The notes under the pieces were generated by a model that searched no databases, was not told where the DNA came from, and saw only the letters and a list, made by a program, of their open reading frames with translations. The translations under genes were made by a program, and so were the position numbers. A stretch of 58,791 nt of DNA, counting the filler, from Circinaria calcarea (taxonomy: Eukaryota), in assembly GCA_051942165.1 (NCBI GenBank). It is 10 parts of 10 records of this genome, joined end to end, with 100 filler letters (N's around TTAATTAATTAA, not from the genome) between each part and the next. Parts side by side here need not be neighbours in the genome. Positions count along the whole stretch, not along the records: positions 47,130 to 52,912 come from JAVECS010001789.1; positions 53,013 to 58,791 come from JAVECS010001790.1; 8 more parts are not named here. One strand, 5' to 3'. Positions 49,660 to 58,791 of the stretch are shown in pieces; position 1 is the stretch's first letter, and every line of letters begins with the position of its first letter.

Positions 49660-51421
49660 CGTGCCAGACTGTGAAGGAGTTGTAGTCTGTTCGTGGTATG
49701 AATACTGTCTTATCCACAAGGCAAGAGATAGTGCTGGCAGAGTCCATGAAGGAAGGGAGGGGAGGTGATAGAGGCGATTAATTCCGATCAGGCTGAAGTC
49801 TCAGGCAACAAAAGAGCAGCCTGGTCCGTGCCAGTTCAGCTCCACTGTCCATACCCTGCGAGCCTGCCATCAGGGAATGCAGGCTTCGAGCAATAGCTCT
49901 CAGCCAAACTTGCTTATCACGAGCTCTATGATCATGCTGGAGATGTTTCGAATCAGTCGAAAGCTACTGTATATAATTCGATCGCGGGAAAGCGACGCTA
50001 ATAGGCGCGCCTTGTGGTTCTTTCTCAATAGGGAAAGGATGGTAAAGTAAGGTATATTTAGGAGTATTTTCCTCGAGTAGGAATAAACACTCTATTCATG
50101 TCCAAAAGGTGACCTAATCTTCGTGTGGCTTGTAGTAGTATATAGGGCATAACCGACATTCCTTTTCATCCCCCGAGTTTTTTTCTTAAGATCTCCTATA
50201 TGGTACACGCTCAATGAGTATGCCATTGCTTTGAAAAAGTAATGCCCTCTTGGCGTGCTTCCGCTTTTCTAGGTTGAGACTAATCCGAGATTCCCATTGC
50301 CATTGTTTTATCCATATGTCCCCAAGACATCAAAACTACTAGTTGAGGGCATGTTTGATTTAATACTCTGGTTCTTAGAGCATAGCGTATAATCCCGCCA
50401 AACTGTCCCAAAGGAGGTTTTTTGGCTCGATTTTCCTTACGGAGGGTAGACCCTGTAGTCAAAGCTTTTGGAGTTCGACAACGTCCCCTCGTCCCTCGTC
50501 TACCGTTGGCACTCTTACCTACCGTTCGTCATGCTCGGAGAACAGAACTAATATCAAGATACCAGTCGCAAAAGGTTATATATGTGTGTGAGAGGTAGTC
50601 GGGTAGTCTTCATCGACGGCCTCTTGATCTCTATTGCGCAGAGCCGGTTTTCATAGACTGGAGGGACAGGTAGTTTCTCATGAGTATCTATCTCTTTATA
50701 TCCCCGTCATGTTTCGCCTTGCTTCTTAATCAATGCCTTCTCGTTGCGTGCCAACGGCTACCTGTTTACATGTTCCACAGTCATGGAGAAGGTGGAAATC
50801 TGGGATGTAGGTGTCTTGCTATCTCTCCGTCTTGGACTTCAGCCGTCGGCCCTTGCCCTCCTGTTTTTGGCCCAGGGAAGGTACTCGAACATGAGACAGC
50901 TCCTTCTCAACTTCCTTCCTCCCCATTCACCCGATGGCCTTATATCTCTTTTGTTCTTCTCACCACAACGTCCAATCTCCTTCAGTTGCTCACGTCGCCG
51001 TGACTTTCTCATTGGCCTGTGGGAATGTCCTATGCTATCCTTCTTTTACCCTATTTGCAGCAGTCAGTAGCAGTATACAGAGATTATTGTTAACTATCGG
51101 AGTACGGACACCATTGCATTCACATCCTGCGGTCAAGCCATTCTTTGCTTTGGAGCCTTGTTCAGCAAACTTGCTGGCAAGAATCTGCTGGCTGTGCACA
51201 AGTGTTGTTGTTTCGGTGGTATCGCGGCGCTGATTCGAATTGCAATCTCCGAACGCTGGCAGAGGCGAATATATCCTCCGGGCCCAATTCCGCCCTACCT
51301 GTCGACACTTCGCTACAGTAAAATCCTCCTGCAATCACCTCTGTACTCCTCTTACCACCTTGATTCCAGGCACGACAGGAAATAGCACCACCCTAAACTC
51401 TACAGACCCAGCATTACAACC

Positions 51422-52546
51422 ATGTCTACCAGACGTGCAGTTACCATACTACCTCGTGCCCTGCGCACTGCCACTGCAACCCGATGTCTTACAACCACGG
51501 TTACGCGTTTGAACAAGCCTATAGCAGAGAAGGAAATCCCTGTTGTTACTTACGTCGATGGCTCCGATCAGCCAGCGCATGCTGTCATTAAGGTCGACCA
51601 GGCCAAGCCAGTTGATAATGCAGCTACCATAACGGACGTTACAAAGAAGGCTTTTGCGCTCGAAAAGGATATTGTACACAAACTGCCACTAACGCTCAAA
51701 AGGTTTACACTGGATGGAAAGGTAGCACTTGTGACCGGGTAAGTACATTGTGTTATACAATACCAAACTCCTGGAAGTTTCCTCCTGGTCCTATGTGTGA
51801 ACGTATAGAAGTTTTCCCTACTGCACCAACATGTCTTCACTTTTCATTATGTCGATCTTTCTGGATCTTCTGCCGCTGCTTATATATGAGCACGGAGACC
51901 GTTGCCTGCTGCAGTGACACCCACACACGCTTACTGCGTTCACTTCATTGAATAAATCTGATTCCTTATGCGCTCGATTTTATCTACTTGCAACGCTGAC
52001 TTTTATTATGCAAAGTGGAGCCCGTGGCCTCGGTTGGAACATGGCTCAGGCCTTGGTGGAAGTCGGTGTCAAGGCGATTGCCCTTTTCGACGTGCAGCAA
52101 GACCTTGGCGACAAAGCCGCTGCAGAACTACACCAGTCTACCGGCGTTCCAGTACAGTTCTACAAGGTCGACATCCGTGACGCAAATGCCATTGCAGAGG
52201 TCGTGACCAAGGTTGTCGAGAAATTCGGCTCTATTGATGTCCTTATCAATTCGGCCGGAATTGCGGAGTATGCTTCCTTAATATCCTTAGATGAATATCA
52301 TTTACCAACCTGCTCATCTAGCTCGAACTTCAAAGCCGAGGAATACGACCATGCCGTCTAATTGACATCAACCTCACCGGCGCCTTCCTTGTCGCCCAAT
52401 CCGTTGGACGTCAAATGATTAAGCAGGACACCGGTGGCTCCATCATCTTTATCGCCTCCATGTCTGGCTCCATTTTCAATTTTCCCCAGGAACAAAGTTG
52501 TTACCATACTGTCAAGTCGTTTGGCAGATTCGAAATGTTAATGTAA
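51422..52546 (+). pseudogene. Short-chain dehydrogenase/reductase (polyol dehydrogenase-like) with presequence-like N-terminus; frameshifted and truncated; introns 51739-52015 and 52268-52321
   Basis: LDGKVALVTGGARGLG, LINSAGI, INLTG and GSIIFIASMSG. Frame break at about 52355, aberrant region after CY, then AT-rich sequence. Confidence 0.82.
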
Positions 52547-52549
52547 CAT

Positions 52550-52912
52550 TTCAAATAGTAATATGTCTTCGTTGACGGTTATTAATCCTTTCGATCTCCT
52601 TTTCATCCCATCGATAGCATATCCGAGCCATACTTGAAGATCTTTATCGGTTTATTAAAAAGGTTTTGCACGCTTTAGAAAAGGGTAAATAACTCCGGAT
52701 TCTACTTTTTAAAACCGGTTTGGGAAATCTTTATATTAACAGCACTATCGAATAATACTTATATATTAATAATAATAATTCGGCATTTTAATTTTTATTA
52801 AGAATTTAATTACCCGTTTAAATTTTATAAATATTAATTTATTTAATATATATTTTAATTATTTTTTTTAAAAATTCTTCTCAGTTCGTAAAATATTAAA
52901 TATTTTATCTGT
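52550..52912. repeat. AT-rich, TpA-rich tract, probably RIP-degraded repeat
   Basis: Progressive loss of G/C towards the contig end with abundant TA/TTAA. Confidence 0.55.
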
Positions 52913-53012
52913 NNNNNNNNNNNNNNNNNNNNNNNNNNNNNNNNNNNNNNNNNNNNTTAATTAATTAANNNNNNNNNNNNNNNNNNNNNNNNNNNNNNNN
53001 NNNNNNNNNNNN
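52913..53012. other. Artificial contig spacer
   Basis: N44-TTAATTAATTAA-N44. Confidence 0.99.
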
Positions 53013-53068
53013 CCAATAAAATCCTCGTTTGTGGTCCAGCCTCATTCAAGCTTGCAACAATCCAACCT

Positions 53069-54091
53069 CTAAAGCCGAATTCCACGGAGTGACCACCGAT
53101 AGGCAGCATAAGCCATAAAGGCAAGGAATACCAAAATGAACAGAAGAGCCGATAACCTTGCATAAGGAGTATACACCGGCGTCCTAGTCCTTGTATGGGC
53201 ATGCGGTAGAAGTGACGTTCGTTCATTCCGAGCTCGTTTGTCGTAAATACGCCGTCCTTGATAAGATTCACGAACAACAGGAACAGGACGAGGTTGATAG
53301 GTAGTGTACTGTGGTACATGGAAGAGTACCGGAGTAGGACATTTCCATACTGGTGAGACTGGTGCTGACTGTGCTCGTATTAGGTCTGTACTTCTCCTTG
53401 CGGAAGAGTGCATAGCTATCGGCTGATGAAGATTTTGGAGGTCTCTTGAGATGGATTGGGCGACTGTGGAGGAGAAAGAAAAAGGGGCAGACTGTTGACA
53501 GATCGAATCATTTCGAAGAACCGGAGGTATAGTGGGGGTAGATGAAAGCCTCAGCGGCAAGGTCGATTCCATATGGTCAACTAGAATCTGGTAAGATTCC
53601 GGTCTGAGACCATACCTCCTACCATTGCGATCGTAATCTACCAAAGCTCGAGAATCGACTGTTAATCGGGTCTTGGTCTTGACAAAAGAGTCCTTGCGGA
53701 GTTTAAGGTCTTTATCGAGAAACAGTTGAATACCCAATTCGGGGTGTGCCGAGGAGGGAAAGATTGGCAGGTGGTCAAGGCGGACGCTGACATGCCTGTC
53801 CTCGAGGTTTCTACCACCAAGTGATGTGATCTTTTCAATGTTAGTAAATCTTCTCAATGACTGGACTCTTTATCCGGGAGATCTGACAATTAATCCAATA
53901 ACTTGATACTTTGTAAGATCGATAAACAAGATCAGGAACGGGTGGTTGAAGCAGCCATCATCAACGGTTGAGCTTCCAAGTAAGTTAGTATCAATAGTGT
54001 CCTTGGCGGGCAACCACAAGATCGATCCGGCAGACAGATGACGATTTCTGCCGGATACGTCATATCTTGATATTCGACCTGATCGAGGCAT
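53069..54091 (-). CDS. Hypothetical tail-anchored protein (321 aa; intron 53831-53887) with PemK/MazF-like N-terminal motif pattern
   Basis: A phase-0 intron GTCAGA...ACTAAC...AAG joins two ORFs in frame; single C-terminal hydrophobic helix LSALLFILVFLAFMAYAAY. Confidence 0.7.
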
Positions 54092-56557
54092 CGTCCGCCG
54101 TTCGTTTTGTGCTCAGAAGCAATAAAGGGCATTGACAAGAGAACGCGCCGGGGTCAAGTTGGATAATTTGTATCCCCGCTTTCTGTGTAACAATAAGATC
54201 GGGTAAAAATATACTCTGTATGCTGACAACACGAGCTTGGCGGGGTTATAACCCATGATCAAAGATAACAACATCTTTGAACACGTCAACACTCGTACAC
54301 CGCGACCATAGGTGTGTCGCATCTTTTCCTGTCTCTTGCTCTCGTCGCTAGTTCGTATCATGACTAGGCTTATGCAGGTTCTCCGTCTGGGAACTTTCGC
54401 ACAATTATTCAATACCTTGTCGTCCTTCTGAGCAGCATCTGGCCATGGAATCGTCGAATCTCCCCGTTCATGGAGAATAGTCTTCGAGTTGTCATAAGAC
54501 ATGCTTTTGGGCCGTAATTTCTGCTTTGAAAGTAGTATCGTATGTCCCTCACAGTACATGGTGGACGATGCTATCGATGAGGGGTGGTGATGCGGTACCC
54601 AGATTTAGTCCATCCAGTATGAATATCAAAGACGATACTCTTTGGGGGCCAGAGAGTTTGTGAAGGGAAACCTCCGTACTTGCCCAATCGGAGCTGTATT
54701 CCAAAAGGTCAGAACAGTACAAGCTTCTGCGGTTTTCTATGCCTCGTATTGAATACCAGTGATAGATGCGGTTGGGGTATTTTGACATGGAGTGTAACGC
54801 GCTTTTGAAAATCTGCTACCGAATCGAATGGAGGGTTAAAAGAGACGAAGCGGGAAACATATATCACTAGCGAAAAGACCTCCTCAAACCATTACCATAT
54901 GCAACGTTCGCGACGGACATGAAGCCATTAGGAGGAATAGTAGTAATCCACCAGGAGAGGCCCAATTCCCAGAACAGCATGTTCTCTTAACCTGCTGACA
55001 GTGCGTAAGTGCGAATACGGGATTGTTGAATGTATCCATCCCTTTGGAGCTTAGAAGCGGTAGCGACAGGACCTCCAGAAGACTCTAGAAGATGGCAGTC
55101 CGACTCTTGCTTGCTTCTACCATCATTCGCTATGTTGTTCCACCATCTCATAACGCTAGCAATGACCGCCGCGGTATTTGTTTGCATTCGCACTCATCTT
55201 TGCCTTGAAGTCGCAGTTCCTTAATCTCTTGGAATAATCTTTCCTAGTTCTCCACTCCTTTACTCGGCGCATCTCATACGCGTAGTCAAAGCTTTCCATG
55301 GTCCATTAGGTTGCAGCTAAACATCCCATGTCTAGTATCAACATTGGATCTGGGTAAGGGGAGACTGAATGTATTGTATTCTCAGGACTCATGTGGCTGA
55401 ATGATGTAACATCATACTGCGCGCTTTCTCCTATCGGCGTATCATGATGGTAGTTGATAGGGCCATATGAGACGTGACATAACATAGCTCCACTGGCGCT
55501 CCTTGTCAAACAGAGGACAACACCGCGTCCTCTAGGCTCCCCTAGATTGAAGTGAGTAAAGCGAGTAAAGCGAGGAAAGAACGGAAGCCACAACTCATAT
55601 CAGTGTGGATAGACACCAGTACACAGTACCTAGGATCCCCAAGTTGGGCTTCGGACATTCTTTTGGCCAGAGCACCCAGGAGCCTTTTCTTATAATTTGC
55701 AATCCCAATCCATTGACCCATCCAGACATGCATTTAGATACCATGATAGCAATCGCAAGTATACCCAAGACTCGTAAGCCTAACCTAACCCACACCACCC
55801 TTATTCAAGAGAAACCGCGCCTTCCAAACCCATACGTCTCCCCCATAATGAATTGCTTCTGGACAAAATGCGCTTCCGTTCAATTATGCCATCCTAGATA
55901 TCCAAGACGTCGACGCCATAGTTGCAAACCGACCGAGACTCCTCGCAGCCTTCGCAGTCTTAGTAGACCAAGACTTATAGTCGTTGGGAAAAAAAAGAAA
56001 CGAAAAAGAAAAACCAAACCCCCAGCAATCTCGCCCCATTTGTTGATCCCCTCTATTTCCCTCTCGGCGAAATGATGTCACCCTGCATCCAATCATCCAA
56101 TCCACTTCAGGGGCGAAAAAAACTACGAATAGTATTCTCAAGTGAGACGGAACTATACTGTTATCGGATAATGATGATGATGATCCTTGGATGTTAAAAA
56201 GGTGTATCGGGGAATGATCCGACGGCTACCTGTGAATGAATACCCATCTACAAGATTCCAAGGCATTCCGACTAGTTGAAGGGAAAAAGTCCAAGTCCAA
56301 CATGATGTCTGTACATCTAGTGACTGACGTCATCGGAATCTTAATTCCGTGGAGAGAAGAGAAACCTTTCGGGACGTACTCCGTAGGGATATTTGAATAT
56401 TTGCGAAAACGACTTTAATGAACTCTAGCAAGACCATGTACCCTTCTCAATGTTTACTATTTTTAAAAAAAGCCCATAGTGCATTTCAAAATCCCTACAA
56501 TCCAATCTCCCCATTCTCAATCATCACTATCACATTACAGTCCCAAGACCCCCAATA

Positions 56558-57577
56558 ATGTCCCCCTCCTCTCCTTCACGCATCCTCATCATCGGCTCCC
56601 TAAACACCGACCTCACAACCCTAACTCCGCGCCTCCCCCGCGCGGGAGAGACCCTAACGGCGACATCCTTCCGCACCGGCTGCGGCGGAAAAGGCGCCAA
56701 CCAAGCCGTTGCCTGCGCCAGGGCTTCGCGGAGGCGTCCCCCGCCACCCGCTGATCCTCGCAATGTCAGCAATAGCTCCAGCCACGACAGCGATGATGTG
56801 AATGTTCAAGTTTCCATGGTCGGCGCCGTAGGGTCAGATACTTACGGGACTCAACTTCTCAATGAGTTAAGCGGCAACGGTATCGACGTTTCCGGTATTT
56901 CTGTGCACGAAAATGTCCCGACCGGAGTAGCGGTTATCATTGTCGAGTCCTCGACGGGCGAGAACCGTATATTGGTAATCCCCGGGGCGAACGCGCTCGT
57001 CACGTTCGATAATCTAGTGCCACCACTGCCAGAGTTAGTCGTTCTTCAACTAGAGATTCCTTTGCAAATTGTACTAGCGGTCATGAGGGCCGCAAGGCAA
57101 CAAGGGGTGGACGTATTACTAAACCCAGCACCAGCGGTAGAGTTACCAGTAGAGGCATTGCAGGGCTTGGGGCATTTAGTCATGAATGAATCTGAAGCGT
57201 CCATCCTAAGTGGAGGGGTCCCTGACAGCGAGGAAGCGGACTCGGACATGGCGCTGCAGAGCGCCTTACGAAAGTTTTCAGACCTGGCGGTTCAGCAGAC
57301 GATCATCACGCTGGGTGCTGAAGGTGTAGCGTACTCTACCGGACAAGGCAGTTTTGCACGGTTGGCGGCGGAAGAAGTAGACAAAGTAATCGACACGACC
57401 GCAGCAGGAGATACATTTGTAGGAACCTATGCCGTGGAGGTTGTGAAGTGGAAGCGGGAGCAGGGAGAAGGAACGTTTGATCTTAGGAAAGCAGTAGGGA
57501 AAGCGAACCGAGCGGCTGCGAGGACCGTTCAGAGAAAGGGAGCAATGGAGTCCATCCCGTGGGTGGATGAGGTTTGA
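56558..57577 (+). CDS. RBK1: Ribokinase (PfkB family), intronless
   Basis: GSLNTD, GGKGANQAVA, GENRI, LQLEIP, NPAPA, NESEA and DTTAAGDTFVG motifs. Confidence 0.95.
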   Translation: MSPSSPSRILIIGSLNTDLTTLTPRLPRAGETLTATSFRTGCGGKGANQAVACARASRRRPPPPADPRNVSNSSSHDSDDVNVQVSMVGAVGSDTYGTQLLNELSGNGIDVSGISVHENVPTGVAVIIVESSTGENRILVIPGANALVTFDNLVPPLPELVVLQLEIPLQIVLAVMRAARQQGVDVLLNPAPAVELPVEALQGLGHLVMNESEASILSGGVPDSEEADSDMALQSALRKFSDLAVQQTIITLGAEGVAYSTGQGSFARLAAEEVDKVIDTTAAGDTFVGTYAVEVVKWKREQGEGTFDLRKAVGKANRAAARTVQRKGAMESIPWVDEV

Positions 57578-58180
57578 AGCTTCGAACTATAGATACCTAT
57601 CCTCGAATCAGAGACGTTCGAAGTGATGTAAGTGTAGCAAAGTGATGCCTCGGAATGGGCGGGGTGGCAAAGGCACTGCTTACTTCCACAATGCCCTTTG
57701 AGGGGTTCAAATTGGGAAAAGATAGGGGAAGAGAGGACAAGCCAACGTGATCACTCCCTAGCTTAGCTCAAACGGGGGGAGGACGTCCTCAATCGCAGGG
57801 ATTGTTTCGTGAATATGACTATTGAGGTTGAAAGGAACAATCTGAACACGTCAATCTAATATGAAGAGCTTGGTTGAGGGTGAGGAGCCTTCCATGAGGT
57901 GCGCCATGTGCATCAGACGGTTTAAATAATCGTATCGAATTAATTTTCTAGCAAGAATAATACATGTCTCCCTTATTACCTTCACGACTTCTGGCAGTGA
58001 TCGTGATGATGACACTCTCTCCAACACTTGTAATTCATTCGTCCTCTGCATGGGTTTTGGCATTTGCGTTCCAACCTCTGCATCAAGGCTTTCTCCGGCC
58101 ACAAGCGGGAGCTTCGAAATTATTGGCCGGCAAAGGACACCGCGGTATTTACGGCACTACCTTTCGCAACGGACGGTAAT

Positions 58181-58791
58181 CTATCCTACCTTCCGGAACT
58201 TGCTCCTGATGTCCTCCTCATTAAACCTCCTTGTCTTACTCCTTAGCATATCTACTTTCTCCTCGTGGTTCATGTCTTTCTGCTCTCCAATGGGTACTAA
58301 ACACCTGGCGATATGGTCATAATCCTTCCGCATCAGTCTATACGTGAGCTCTAGATAGTCGATATTATGGAAAACAAGCGCTCGGCCATCTTGGTATTGC
58401 TTCTTCGCTTTCATAAAAGCTAGAGGGTGGTCACGCCAGTGGCGGAGGGGGTTGAGATGGTGGGAGGTGTGCCAACCATCGTTAAAGCAGAAACGGTTAC
58501 TCTGATAGAACGAGGATTGGATTAGACAAATGATTCAAGGGTAAAGATGAAATGAAATCACGCACTGGTACATCTATCAAGGTAATGCTCGATCGGAAAT
58601 CGGAATCTGGCTCAACTTCATCCACAAATGCATGCTGGCCCCAGTTTCCAATCATCATCGCAATTCGCATTTGCAAAAGAGGTATCAGGAACACGAAGAG
58701 AGTGGGACGAAAGTTGAATCTTGCGAGTAAGAAGATGGCCATGTACGAAGTGAGCTCGGAGAAAAAGCACTTGGCCGCCAATGTTCGTTTA
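58181..58791 (-). CDS. Fatty-acid-desaturase-like membrane protein, 3' part (intron 58502-58565)
   Basis: GNWGQHAF and FNDGWHTSHHLNP histidine boxes; canonical intron. Confidence 0.8.

Noticed and set aside
5844..52968. TTAATTAATTAA recurring every ~5.89 kb as a biological periodic repeat
   Set aside because: Always centred in exactly 44+44 Ns; an artificial six-frame-stop linker.
54113..56141. Several 60-156 aa ORFs between the tail-anchored gene and ribokinase
   Set aside because: No domain motifs, many rely on non-ATG starts, and no consistent exon chain was found.
1..58791. tRNA, rRNA, snoRNA or riboswitch genes
   Set aside because: No convincing cloverleaf or conserved RNA motif seen by eye; an Infernal/tRNAscan run would be needed to exclude them.

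Overview
Eukaryotic DNA from a filamentous ascomycete (Pezizomycotina-type GT..CTAAC/CTGAC..AG introns). The window is not one locus. It is ten unrelated contigs (5799, 5793, 5792, 5791, 5790, 5789, 5788, 5787, 5783 and 5779 nt, i.e. size-sorted) joined by nine artificial 100-nt N44-TTAATTAATTAA-N44 spacers, so only neighbourhoods within a contig are meaningful. Recognisable genes: isochorismatase, Ser/Thr kinase, NACHT-ankyrin NLR, DENN-like protein, CLC channel, MFS transporter, acyl-CoA dehydrogenase ending in SKL, PTH11-like receptor, flavin amine oxidase, Vps62-like protein, SR/RRM splicing factor, cytochrome P450, cupredoxin-like GPI protein, ribokinase and a desaturase-like protein. There are several pseudogenes (SesB-like/NB-ARC NLR, SDR, a large orphan with RIP-type changes, an Hsp70-like fragment, a possible SNF2 relic), a decayed PIF/Harbinger transposon, and a clean 155-bp TA-flanked MITE with 31-bp TIRs. 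Best candidates for something new: (1) a head-to-head pair of an HSPA12-like Hsp70 gene, absent from the ORF track because its exons are tiny, and a 573-aa coiled-coil orphan with a GrpE/MIEAP-like C-terminal motif; (2) a tail-anchored protein whose N-terminal domain has a PemK/MazF-like motif pattern. All family assignments come from motif recognition by eye; no database searches were run.
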